This document shows, piece after piece, positions 50,704 through 63,391 of a DNA stretch of 64,000 bases. Positions within the stretch are counted from its first letter, which is position 1; every line of letters starts with the position of its first letter. Below the pieces are notes generated by a model. The model was not told where the DNA came from. It did not search any database and saw nothing but the letters and a program-made list of their open reading frames with translations. The translations under genes were made by a program, and so were the position numbers. The stretch lies in assembly GCF_964194025.1 (NCBI RefSeq), contig NC_134476.1, positions 10,912,001 to 10,976,000 of the forward strand, read 5' to 3'. The DNA comes from Convolutriloba macropyga. Lineage: Eukaryota.

Positions 50704-53700
50704 CTAGATATATGACCATGCTAAGAAGAATATAGTTTTCACAGCCGTTTTTTTCAAAACTTAAAATTAGCTGCGCAGTGTCAACTAAGACTGATGCTCT
50801 TAAATGCAGTCGTTTTATGTTTGTTAATTGCTTACTTTCGTAAGGTTAAAACAAAAAAATGTTCAAGAAATGTGTTTACTTTTGACTGTTCTCCTGCTTG
50901 ATTTGCAGGATAATAATAGTAGACTTCAGTAGATTGAAAATTTGCTATTTTTTAGCATTCTTTTCAAAACGTGCAACCAACAATTTTCTCAAAAAAGATA
51001 AAATTTGTCTTATTTTTTGCGAGAAACCTTTTGCGTTTTCTCTTCTTGTTTAGTTCTAAATGGTTAAAGTACTTTCATACTTTAGCTGTTTTGTATTATA
51101 CTTTGAAAATATGGTGCTTCTAAAATAGTACTTATAATATGATACTTTAAAAAAAATTACTACGTTTTTTTACAACGGAAGTTTTGCATCCGTTTGATTT
51201 AATTTCATTTTTTATTGTATTTGATATTTTATTAATCTTAGATTCCCAGAATCATAGTTGTAGATATAAGCAACGAAAAGCAAAGATCTGAGCGGAAAAT
51301 CTTTTTGTTAATTTTTCTTTTCCATTTCATCTTTTTTGGAAGCTCTTTGTTTTTGTCTGTTTTGACTTGAATGATAAATGAATCTGTCTGTTGGCTTACG
51401 AAAGCACCAGTAAAAAATTGAAAATGCGCACCCGTTCTGCAAATACCTCGAAAATTAGTCGGTTGCGACAGAGCAGTCAGTAAATCACGACTTAAACAAA
51501 AGTGCTCGACTTGACGAAGATTCTTCTTGGGAGTTATCAATCTGCTGACCCCCCACCCACACACACAAACACTCGCACATACACACACACACACACTCGC
51601 CACACACAAACACTTGAATGATAACGATTGAGAGTACAACTCTAATCGGCAATCTTCGTAATAAAGGAATAATTTATGTCGCCGCGGCAAGATAGTGTGG
51701 TCATTGTCAGAAATGATTGGGAAAGGACAAGTTGTGTATTTTTGGTGAGACTCGAAAGGAATGCTCACAATGCAGAATTGAAAGTCATTTGAAAAAAAAA
51801 ACATCAAAAAAAATGTTGATAGTAAACATCAAACTTGGAGATAAAACTCGGAATCGACATGACAAGTGAACAGCACCTTTACTAGACTTGGACGTTGAGC
51901 ACTGCATGAAAGAGGTCGTCCTCCGGGTTCGAAACATTACTCTTGGTTTTTTGGGTCCTTATCCAAAAACTGAATCAAAACAACGAAAAAGCGGGTCAGT
52001 ATAATATTAATCTGCAAATTGAAGGAATTGGCGTTGAAGCGTGCACTGAGTCCACAATTAAAGATATCTGCTTAGCTATCAGACTGGATAATTAGATCCA
52101 ACGTGAATAAACTAAAGAAGCGGTTGAACACGACTGGACACCAACAAAAACGCAAAAGAATCTGTAAACTTTATAGAAATTTAGGATTATTTTCTACAAA
52201 AGGTAATTCTCAATCTTTTAAAAAATCTAGCTAGTTCTTGACTCCATTTTTGACAGTTATCATTAGAAAATGGTCGCTAAGATAAGTAAATCAATACAAA
52301 GAAAATGTAATCGCTCAACATGCTCCCGCTAACAAAGTCATATTCCTGATAGTGAACTTGGGAAGTTGTTAAAGGATCGATAACAATTGAAATATAGAGG
52401 CATAGATCAATGATATAAGAAGTATACTGTTTAATTTGAGCTCGATATTTGCTTTGCAAATAATGCCTTGCCTTTTCCTTTTAATTGATGCTCCCGCGTT
52501 GTGAATAACTTATATCTTCATGGTGTTTTTTATGACCATGCTAGATATATGACCATGCTAAGAAGAATATAGTTTTCACAGCCGTTTTTTTCAAAACTTA
52601 AAATTAGCTGCGCAGTGTCAACTAAGACTGATGCTCTTAAATGCAGTCGTTTGATGTTTGTTAATTGCTTACTTTCGTAAGGTTAAAACAAAAAAATGTT
52701 CAAGAAATGTGTTTACTTTTGACTGTTCTCCTGCTTGATTTGCAGGATAATAATAGTAGACTTCAGTAGATTGAAAATTTTCTATTTTTTTAGCATTCTT
52801 TTCAAAACGTGCAACCAACAATTTTCTCAAAAAAGCTAAAATTTGTCTTATTTTTTGCGAGAAACCTTTTGCGTTTTCTCTTCTTGTTTAGTTCTAAATG
52901 GTTAAAGTACTTTCATACTTTAGCTGTTTTGTATTATTCTTTGAAAATATGGTGCTTATAAAATAGTACTTATAATATGATACTTTAAAAATAATTATTA
53001 CTACGTTTTTTTACAACGGAAGTTTTGCATCCGTTTGATTTAATTTCATTTTTATTGTATTTGATATTTTGTTAATCTTAGATTCCCAGAATCATAGTTG
53101 TAGATATAAGCAACGAAAAGCAAAGATCTGAGCGGAAAATCTTTTTGTTAATTTTTCTTTTCCATTTCATCTTTTTTGGAAGCTCTTTGTTTTTGTCTGT
53201 TTTGACTTGAATGATAAATGAATCTGTCTGTTGGCTTACGAAAGCACCATTAAAAAATTGAAAATGCGCACCCGTTCTGCAAATGCCTCGAAAATTAGTC
53301 GGTTGCGACATAGAGCAGTCAGTAAATCACGACTTAAACAAAAGTGCTCGACTTGACGAAGATTCTTCTTGGGAGTTATCAATCTGCTGACCCCCCACCC
53401 ACACACACGAACACTCGCACATACACACACACACACACTCGCCACACACAAACACTTGAATGATAACGATTGAGAGTACAACTCTAATCGGCAATCTTCG
53501 TAATAAAGGAATAATTTATGTCGCCGCGGCAAATTAGTGTGGTCATTGTCAGAAATGATTGGGAAAGGACAAGTTGTGTATTTTTGGTGAGACTCGAAAG
53601 GAATGCTCACAATGCAGAATTGAAAGTCATTTGAAAAAAAAAACATCAAAAAAAATGTTGATAGTAAACATCAAACTTGGAGATAAAACTCGGAATCGAC

Positions 53701-54374
53701 ATGACAAGTGAACAGCACCTTTACTAGACTTGGACGTTGAGCACTGCATGAAAGAGGTCGTCCTCCGGGTTCGAAACATTACTCTTGGTTTTTTGGGTCC
53801 TTATCCAAAAACTGAATCAAAACAACGAAAAAGCGGGTCAGTATAATATTAATCTGCAAATTGAAGGAATTGGCGTTGAAGCGTGCACTGAGTCCACAAT
53901 TAAAGATATCTGCTTAGCTATCAGACTGGATAATTAGATCCAACGTGAATAAACTAAAGAAGCGGTTGAACACGACTGGACACCAACAAAAACGCAAAAG
54001 AATCTGTAAACTTTATAGAAATTTAGGATTATTTTCTACAAAAGGTAATTCTCAATCTTTTAAAAAATCTAGCTAGTTCTTGACTCCATTTTTGACAGTT
54101 ATCATTAGAAAATGGTCGCTAAGATAAGTAAATCAATACAAAGAAAATGTAATCGCTCAACATGCTCCCGCTAACAAAGTCATATTCCTGATAGTGAACT
54201 TGGGAAGTTGTTAAAGGATCGATAACAATTGAAATATAGAGGCATAGATCAATGATATAAGAAGTATACTGTTTAATTTGAGCTCGATATTTGCTTTGCA
54301 AATAATGCCTTGCCTTTTCCTTTTAATTGATGCTCCCGCGTTGTGAATAACTTATATCTTCGTGGTGTTTTTTT
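50704..54374. repeat. Recent ~1.84-kb tandem duplication (50704-52531 and 52541-54374)
   Basis: Near-identical copies with only scattered substitutions and small indels; duplicated ORFs in the ORF track. Confidence 0.97.
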
Positions 54375-56697
54375 AACTGAATTCAGTTTTATTAAATTTG
54401 CAGCTCGTGCTAGTAGCCTTAGTTTACTTTATACTATCGCAACCGATTTTTAAGACCAAGTTTTTTAAGAGAGAAGTTGTATTCGCCCGGCAAATTTATT
54501 TTGTTACGCGTAACTGCATCGTAATTGCACTAAAAAAATTGGGCACTTGAGTTTCTTTGGTAAAGCAGCCTAATATTGGTCATTTCTGTGCATTTAAAAA
54601 ATATATATTTTCTTAAATTGCTTTTTTTCTAAAATTGTGCGTTGCTTAAGAACTTAAATTACATTAGGTTGTCACTTAGATGCATTGGCACACTCTGTGC
54701 AAGTATTGATTTGCCATGAAAATCAACTGGTAAGACACAAAGACATAAATTCAAGGCGCAAACGCTGAAATTTTAGTGAATTTTCAGGCACCAAGTGTGC
54801 TGTTCTAACTTATTTTTTGCGGCAAAATAGCTGTTTTGCCAAAATCTGGGTAACAGTTTAGCTGAAAGATATATATAGATTTTTTCTCTTTTTCCAGTCT
54901 CTGTCATTGTTTTGGATAAATTAAGTATTTTTAGATTGCAATTTTTTTAGTTTTTGGCCACAAGTTATTGCTTTTCAGAACATTGACACGAACAAGAGTC
55001 TCTAAGATTAATTTTAAAAGCTTTTAGTTGCAGATCGTTTTGTCGCTTTTCGGAATTGAATTAAAATTATATATTAAATATAATATAATAATATAATATA
55101 TAATATAATATAATAAATTATATATATTAAAAATTTTGAGCCTCTTTTTGAAATTTAAATGATCATTTTTTTTCTGAAAATGTTTTTGGTTCATCTCAAT
55201 TTTCAATTTTAAGGTCATTTTTGGCAACTTAAAAAATGCTTTTTAGTATACTTAAAAGCTATTTGATTTGAAAACCTTGAACGAACACACTTTCGGCATT
55301 TTTTTGGCGATCTGTCCTGCTTTTTAATTTTCTTTAACGTATGTGGTCTAAAATTGTTCAGGCTCTTGCGGTCAGCTAATGATTTTGAGTGAAATTTTTT
55401 TATACTTATCAGCTGAAAAAAACTCTAGATAGAAGTGCTTAGTAAGACTTCTGAAACAAATTCTGTTGTTTTAATTATGTTTCTTAATTTCAACTGATGC
55501 TCTCCAAATGCCTCTCGTTATTTGTTTGTTACAAATAGGTTTGTAGAAGATTAGATTTTGCTCAGTTAGAAATTTTGTCACTCGCAACTGAAAATCTGCA
55601 ATTTTTTTGTCATATCTCCTATACTTGAGCATACGTAAAGTTTTCACTATTTGTTTTTACGGTGGCGGAGGTTAAATTCATGCTATGAGGTTATGGTTAA
55701 ACTAAATTATGGTTAACTTACTTTTGAGTCTCAAAATTTAGAAGTTTTTGATGAAACAAATTTTTCAAACCTTTTTGGGGACCCTGAAACAAATGAAGAT
55801 TGCACAAGCGTTTGTTTTTTATGATATATTGTCTAAATGATTTTCATTTTTTCAACTCTTTTATATTTGTCTTGTTTTTTGCTCTTACCATCATTTTTTT
55901 CCGTTTGTTCATCAAGAATGAAGCTAAGGAGCACATTTAAGGCCTTTTTGATCTTTTAAAAGTTTGGTGCACATTATGAGCCAATGCCCATACCTTTAAT
56001 AAATACCGTTTAGTAGTGGAACTTGCCAACAAAGGTACAATTAAACAATGAGTATATTCGTTCCTTTGTCAACATATCCCACACTGTAAGATTTTTTCAT
56101 GGATCAATACATTTTACTTGAAATTCAAGGAAGTGGACCAAATGGTCCACTTTAACTGGTAGGGCCAATTGCGCTAAATCTTTTCCTGACCTGTTCTATT
56201 CTGAATTTGAAGCAAGGGAGAAATTCGAGGAATATACTGGAAGATATGTTCAGAATTATTAACTATTAAGTCTTTCAATTTTTCTTTACGTAAAAATGAA
56301 ACTTTTAGAGAATGAAACTTCTCATTTACTATTTTACTACACTCAGAAAAATTGAAACTATGTTTTGGCTACGGAAAATTCAAAAAAGTTCATTTTAGAA
56401 TAGGTGATGTTAAAATTTTTAAGAAAAATTTTGTTTATAAAACCCATCAAACACAAAGCTAAAATTAAATTTTAATAATCAACTCTCGGTATTGAAAATT
56501 TTTTCCGTTTGTGACCAAGATGATATGCCTAGGAAAATAAAGCAGCTGTTTCTCACAACAACAGTAAACGACATTAGAACGAAAAATGCAAAGAATCGCA
56601 ACAATCAAAGTCATGTGTCCTGTTGACAACCGATCTAAATGATTACTGTCTGTAAGTCTGTTCAATTTGGCGAACTTGTGACCAAACCATGTAATTA

Positions 56698-57906
56698 TAC
56701 TCTAGAAAACGTGCAGTTAAATTTACCTAAAAATTCAGATAATTTACCTGAACTGTGCATGTGTTTTGGCGTTTCTGGACACTACCTGCCTGGTACCTGC
56801 ACGTACTTGCAATTGGAAGTAATTTTATCTGGAATGTGCATGTAGTCGCCCTGCACATTTTACCTGCAATTTACCTTAACAGTCCAAACTTTAGGTATTT
56901 TTACCTACACAATTTACCTTAAATTTGCAGGCAATATATCCTTACAGTGAGTGTACTGTAAAGGTAAATTACCTGCAAATTTCAGGTTAATTGTGCAGGT
57001 AAAATTACCTAAAATTTGGACTGTTCAGGTAAATTGCAGGTAAAATGTGCAGGGGGACTACATGCACTTTTCAGGTAAAATTACCTGCATTTGCAGGTAC
57101 GTGCTGTAAACGTGGAGGTAGTGTGCAGGAACGCCAAAACACATGCACAGTTCGGGTAAATTTTCCAGAATTTTTAGGTAAATTTAACAGCACTTTTTGT
57201 CGTAGGAGGAACAGGGTTTGAGCAAGGAACGATGCAAAATTTGTCTTAGCTTTTGCATGGGTCTCTTGAGCTTCCCTGGCAACAGAGAAGGTGCATTGAT
57301 CTCCAGAAGGAGTTCACCAGACTCTATCAACCAAGGAAAATAAGTATTCTCCTACTTTTCTAGTGAGCCAGACTTCAGTGTGCAGAATAATTTTTGGTGG
57401 CAAGTAATAATTTCTCAGTCTTCCATTTGCCGAAGCAAATTTTTCCTAAGAGCAGTGGAAACTTGGAACTAGCCGACTTTGCGGTTCCTGGTTTAGGTGT
57501 TTCTGCAGAGTGCAAGAGAAATTGTTTCAGTTCAGTAAACAAAATTATATTCATTCTTCACCAATTTACGAAAGTTTTAAAATGTTATAAAAGTATTTTA
57601 ATGATAAATATTTTAAATTTTTGGTTCACTTCTTTCCAGCTTTGAAAAAACCATAGGTAAGCCTCATGGAATCGTCCTTCCTGTTTGAAAAGACAAGCTA
57701 CGAATTTTATTTTCAATTTCAGTTTTCCTTTAAAAATTTTGCTTCAAAATGATACATTAAAATTACAAAATAAAGTTGCAGGTGAATTACCTGAATAATA
57801 TGCAGGTAAACAATTCAGGGGAAAATTGTGCCGGTAAATTTTACCTGCACATGGCCTTACTTTCACACTGTTCAGGTAAATTTACCTATACATTATTTAG
57901 AGTGTA
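56698..57906. mobile_element. Foldback-type DNA element(s) rich in TTACCTG/CAGGTAA repeats, including a ~480-bp palindrome
   Basis: Arms 56711-56948 and 56955-57193 are inverted copies; ACTCTA...TAGAGTGTA-like outer ends; the repeats recur at 57775-57890. Confidence 0.65.
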
Positions 57907-58308
57907 TTTTTATATGTGAAAAAAGTTGACACTAACCACGAGTAACAAATGATAGGTTAGAAAAAGTCAATGAAGTTAAGGGTGATGTGTGCTGTCTTCA
58001 AATCAAAAGGCCGAAAAAAACTGAAAAGAAAAACAAATAATGTTTTTGGGATAACTAATTTCGTTTTCATAACGCTCTATGTAATTGCTAATAGAGTTAG
58101 GTTTTGTGAGATGTGGGCCAAGAAAACGCTTTCTTTCAGAATAATAGTTTTGTATGAGTCTCTACTTTAATACACATGTGCTTGACACACTAGTTATTAA
58201 AATTTAATACATTTCTGAGAAATACATGCATCAGATCGGCAATTTATGTATGCATTAGAAAAGCGAGCTTTAACGTGCTGTAGCTATAGTATGAACGCAC
58301 TCGTGGAC

Positions 58309-58686
58309 GGTCTTTCTGATGACATACACATCAGCCGATAAACCTTTTAGCCGACAATTCGGAAACTTTAACCACTTGAATACCACATTTCATTTCAATT
58401 GTTCTCGGATTAACCGAGTAAACCCACAATCCTTAGTTTGAAAACAACTAATTATTAGCTATAACCACTAGCTAATTTGGCGAATCCTCTGCGGCGGTCG
58501 GCACATGATAGAAATTCATATCAACCAAACAAATTATCGCTACTAAAAATAATTAAGTTGAAGCTCCTAATAGCACTATTTCCATTATACGATTCTAGTT
58601 TCTGCCGTTTTCACTCCGTTCTGATGAAATCTGTCGACTAAGTGGCGTGTCTTCTAAATTCTATGTCGGCTAACATCCCTAGCACC
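58309..58686. mobile_element. Degenerate MITE related in style to 40626-41067
   Basis: GGT...ACC ends, subterminal AGCCGA/TCGGCT repeats; no clean TSD. Confidence 0.4.
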
Positions 58687-58863
58687 AAACTGAGCGATTG
58701 TATTTTTCAGCCGCCAAATGTACAGATGCATATAAAAGATGACTCTGTTTGTATTTTTCAACAACCATGTATTCAGTCCAAATAATAATGCAGACATGTT
58801 TGTATTTTACGAGCTGAAATTTTATCTAGTTTTGCGCAACAGAATAGAACACTTACGATAATT

Positions 58864-58870
58864 ATATAAA
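58864..58870 (+). promoter_or_regulatory. Possible TATA box of the TRIM gene
   Basis: TATATAAA-type sequence about 80 bp upstream of the ATG; weak evidence in AT-rich DNA. Confidence 0.25.
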
Positions 58871-58946
58871 CGCGTAGCAGATAAAGCTCACTCTGAAAAT
58901 TGCAGTTTAGCTAACAATTAATATTCTACGATAATATTATCAAACA

Positions 58947-60188
58947 ATGATTACCTCTACCTTGCCTGAGTGTGTTATTTGCACCGACGTCCTCGATGAC
59001 CCGCGACAGCTATCGTGCGGACATTCTTATTGTGGCCCTTCAAAACATTGTCTCAAAACCCTGTTAATCGATCGGAAGTTCTTAAAATGTGCTATTTGCG
59101 GAGTATTTCATGAGCAGCGAATTGAAGACTTGAAACCTATGTATGGAATTCGAGAGTATTTAGAAGCACAGAAAAAAATCTTCGAAAAAACGACGCTACC
59201 GAAGAAAGAATTTGTCAGCAAAATGCTCATTTGCAAAACCCATTCTGAGAACGAGGCTAAGTTTTGGTGCACAAATTGCGAAGAATTGATTTGTTCTGAT
59301 TGTTTGACTTCTGAAAAACACCTCAGTCATCAGTTCAACGTTTTTGAGGCCAACAAACGACTGATTGTCGCTAACAAGTTAGAAAAATTAAACCACTTAA
59401 AATCCGATTATGAAACAAACATTGATCTAGCTATCTCAAAGCTGGCGCAAAAACGCAAGCTTTTGACCACGTTCGCGGAACAAGAAAGCAAATTTATCTT
59501 AGAAAAAAGGGAAATACAACAGTATTGGAACGCGCTCTCTAGATATGTTCAGAAAACTGATGAGATGGTCTCAAATGAAGCTCTAAGTTGGTTATTTGAC
59601 TTAAATTACACTGCTGCAGACAATTGTAATTTGGTATTTTTTCTAGACAGTGCCACGGAAACGGACAAATTATCAACAAAAGACGAAAAAACTCAAGTAA
59701 AAAGTGATACAACAGACGCTTCCGTTCAAAAAGACGCTTCCCAAGTTTTCGCTCAAACTACTGATAGAACAGTAGCAATTAGTAAATCAACAAAACTGCC
59801 AATTACCTACATTTTTGATAGCGAATGTTCTTCACTTTCAATCGAATCTGAAAAACTGGAGATATGTTTCCCGTACGATGAAAACGACACCGATGAAATG
59901 ACATCCAGTATCATATCGAACAAGTTTTGCTCTTTTACTTTGAGCCTGAGACCTGCTAATGGGAAACTTTTACCCATAATTGTTACTCTTGAAATATTGG
60001 ATGTTAAAAAAGAAGGTAGATTTTCACTTGACGTTATACGTTACAACGGAAAACTATGGAGGGTTTTCATAAGAAAGAGAATACGTGTTGATACATTTCA
60101 AAAAACATCAGAATTATCAAAAACTCAACAAAAAAGAGAATTAAATGGCACCTCTGTCATAGTAGCGTCAATAGCTTGTTTTTCCTGA
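58947..60188 (+). CDS. Intronless TRIM-like E3 ubiquitin ligase (RING, B-box2, coiled coil, unassigned beta-rich C-terminal domain), 413 aa
   Basis: RING CVIC-x11-CGHSYC-x5-C...CAIC; B-box CKTH-x8-CTNCEELICSDC-x5-HLSH; heptad-like region; single ORF with ACAATG start. Confidence 0.9.
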   Translation: MITSTLPECVICTDVLDDPRQLSCGHSYCGPSKHCLKTLLIDRKFLKCAICGVFHEQRIEDLKPMYGIREYLEAQKKIFEKTTLPKKEFVSKMLICKTHSENEAKFWCTNCEELICSDCLTSEKHLSHQFNVFEANKRLIVANKLEKLNHLKSDYETNIDLAISKLAQKRKLLTTFAEQESKFILEKREIQQYWNALSRYVQKTDEMVSNEALSWLFDLNYTAADNCNLVFFLDSATETDKLSTKDEKTQVKSDTTDASVQKDASQVFAQTTDRTVAISKSTKLPITYIFDSECSSLSIESEKLEICFPYDENDTDEMTSSIISNKFCSFTLSLRPANGKLLPIIVTLEILDVKKEGRFSLDVIRYNGKLWRVFIRKRIRVDTFQKTSELSKTQQKRELNGTSVIVASIACFS

Positions 60189-61399
60189 AGTATAATAATT
60201 AGCAGTATTGTTAAACTTATCTGCAGTGTTGATATGATTTAAGTTCATAATCAATATGTTAATCTCAATAAGCTTAACTATTTCTAGTATAGTTTATTAA
60301 CGATGATTTTACTGAGTATCGTAGAAAATGTGTTTTTCTGTATTGGTGAAATTTAGTCTTAGTTGTTGTCTTCTGAATTTCTGATAGGCTCAACAGTGAG
60401 GGGACTTTGTCGCCCAGAAGATCGATCAAATAAAATTAACCAAAGGTTTTGATTTGGTGCAATTTCCCCTATTACACTCTTGTATGCTGTTGCAAATTAG
60501 ATTGCCTTAAAATAGGTTAATTCACAATGGGGCTCGTAATAACAATTCTAGTTATATGGACAACAAAGGTAAGAGAATTACTTGCACATCAATGGAAAGG
60601 ACAAATTCAAGACAATTTATAAAAGTAATTAAAATAATAATACCATTATCCGTAGTTCACTTTCCCAATGAACTAAATCAAAAACGCTCACAGTATCCCA
60701 AATGGTCTTGAGGTTACAAACTTCCAGAGCTCAGTCCCAATCTCAATCTCTTCTTTGCTTTTTGACCTATCTTTTAAATTTTAGTCCCACTAAATAAACT
60801 ACTTTCTCTCACATGTGCAAAAATCTCTCCTGTGTCCAAATTTCTGACTTCTCCCAAAATTTTCGAACGTCTGCCAAAATTTCTCGGTATCAATTCAATT
60901 TATGCTCAACCAAAACGCTCTTATCTTAAGCAAACGAACCTAAATCTCTTAAGTAAACATTGCAACTTAGAAGAAAAGATTGCATTCTGTAGAAGGGCTT
61001 TTTTGCTATTCAAACAAATCAATATCAAATTATGCTCTGTCATTCAAGTGGTACCAATCTTTGTTCAACCTTCTCCTTATCTCGAGTAAACGACCTTTGG
61101 ACTCTTATGTAAACAAATCCGCTCCGCTTTAACTCGTATATGCTTTTCAAATGTCAATCAGTGTTTGCTTAGTAAATATTCAACGTTGCTCCGAAAAGTT
61201 CTTATTCCTCTACTTCCGCTATCAAGTTAAATAGCTGCAATCAATCTTTGTCAAAAAATATGTGTTGAATAAATAACTAAACTCAACCCTAAACCAAAGA
61301 CCAATTGTAATTTCCAATTTTCTCAACATTTCATGCACGTCCCTGTAATTGTACATGCCGATGAGACCAATTTTCCTTAATACCTAAAAATTTGAGATC

Positions 61400-62423
61400 T
61401 AGGGGTTATACAAAGGTCACCCGTCAAAAATGAGGGGTCAAGTTGATAAAGAATGTTTATTATCATGGAAAGTACTTGCATAGTTGCACCTCCACAAAAT
61501 TTCATGGCCTAACTCCCATTAGAACGCGAGCAATGACCGCGCACACTTTTCATCGACCTCCCGGATGACCCCAAAATTCCAAACTTTACTCGCGATGTAG
61601 GGGTCAAAAAATGTTCGGGTAATTTTTTTTTGGTAAATTTAGGATGCCACCAACTTGCCGCCCAAGTCTCTTGATCTACGGATTAGCCGTTGCGAGTCGT
61701 TTGCAATTTGAACATTTTTAACGATTCGTGGGTGCCGAAACCCGAGAAATCTGAGTCATTCGGCCGCTCAAAAAGGCCAATTTCCGGTTTTCGGCACTCG
61801 GGTTATCCCAAAGCACCAATTTCTGGTCGCACCCGGAATTTAAAAACAGCACCAATAGAAAGTCCTTGAAAACTTACAGTAACCCTCCAAAAATTTTAAG
61901 GCTGCTACCAATACTCCATGAGCAATTCAAATTTTATGTCCGGCAGCACCGGTGTGCGGTAGTTGCGTGGAAATTGATCTGGGTTCAAATCTGATAATCA
62001 GATCAATCTGATAGTCTTTACAATCGGATTCCTCGTACACAAATTAATCTTTCCCCCAAATTTCAGGTCAATCCGACTTCAACTTTTAGAGAAATTACTA
62101 TTTCAAATTAAATGCTAACTATCTTCCGGCAAAAATAGCCTAATTACCGCAGAATACCCAACGAGTTATCCTAACCCTTTTTCATGATCATCTCATACAA
62201 TACTCTAAACTTAATACCCATTGCAACCCGTAGTTAGCCATGTATCATACTCAAACAGTCATGTATTCACTCAAAATATCGAAAATCTTCAAAACACACC
62301 AATTCCGATGTTAATAGCTCGGGGTGGGGTGGTCGGATTGGCACAAAAGGTATACCAGCCTGAGAGGACCATTAAGTGTACCTGACTTTAAAGTTTGGTA
62401 AACGTTTGCTGAATATACCCCTA
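61400..62423. mobile_element. Candidate non-autonomous DNA transposon
   Basis: TAGGGGTTATAC / GAATATACCCCTA imperfect inverted ends around a GC-richer noncoding block. Confidence 0.4.
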
Positions 62424-63391
62424 CATTGGGGGTGCGGTTTAGATCTGCTTGGTGGTATTTCGAAAAACTGATCAATCGCCTTTTTAATTACACTAAATCA
62501 ACAAAACTCTACTTAACTAACCCAGATCGAAAAGGTGTAACCGGCCGCGCATCCCCATTTTATAGAGACAATCATTAGGGGAACATCTTCACAAATTTAG
62601 ATTCCAATGATGAAAATAACTTAAAAATTTGAAGGTACCATGTTTGGGGATGGCAATTATTTTGCAAATTCGAAATCTCACTTATTTCAAGCACCTAATT
62701 AACTTTTGTAACTTGACCTAAATTATCTAACTTACCCGCAGTATCCACTCATGACAAATTACAACGTTCTACATTTGTGTTTTTTAGTCAAAAGTTTGAT
62801 CACTCTTTCTTTTAAAAAAAATTAGAAGCAGGGTGTTTGTTGCCGTTGTGAAATGCCTTGCGAAACTAGTCGAGGAAAATTCTTCAATAAGGTAACAAAA
62901 CTAGGGTTTTCGTTGTAGAATAATAGGGGCGTAGGACAGAAAAATTCAACAGGATTCAAAATGGTTATAATAATAGTATGCGTATTCAAAACAGTAAATA
63001 GCGTTCAAGTCAGTCTGTGTAACGAGACTACGAGATTGAAAATAAATGAGACGGTTTATTTCCTTCACGCCATCGTGTTTTTTTCCCTTAGTTTTAATTT
63101 TTTTTATGTACTTGGGATTGATTGTCATGGTAATTTCTCGTTGTTTTTGTTGGAGCAGATTGAATCTTTTTAGCTATTTATTCTCTATGATAACTTTGCA
63201 GAAATATATCAAAATATTGAGAACGATTCCTAAATTGCAATTGTTTGCTCAATATATTTAATTTAGTCAATTTTTCTTATTCCATCATTTTGAATTAATG
63301 TCTTTCTGTGGTTTTTAAATGCTGGGTGAGAAATTTTGATTTTGAGATTGAGGCAAAATTGATTTGTTTTGCTTATTTTCTCTAGTTGTCC

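Noticed and set aside
51238-51807. 189-aa minus-strand ORF and its duplicate 53236-53649
   Set aside because: It runs through a CA microsatellite, has no recognisable domain and is frameshifted in the second copy.
56711-57890. CRISPR-like array of short repeats
   Set aside because: Eukaryotic context, irregular spacing, palindromic arrangement and no unique spacers or cas genes.
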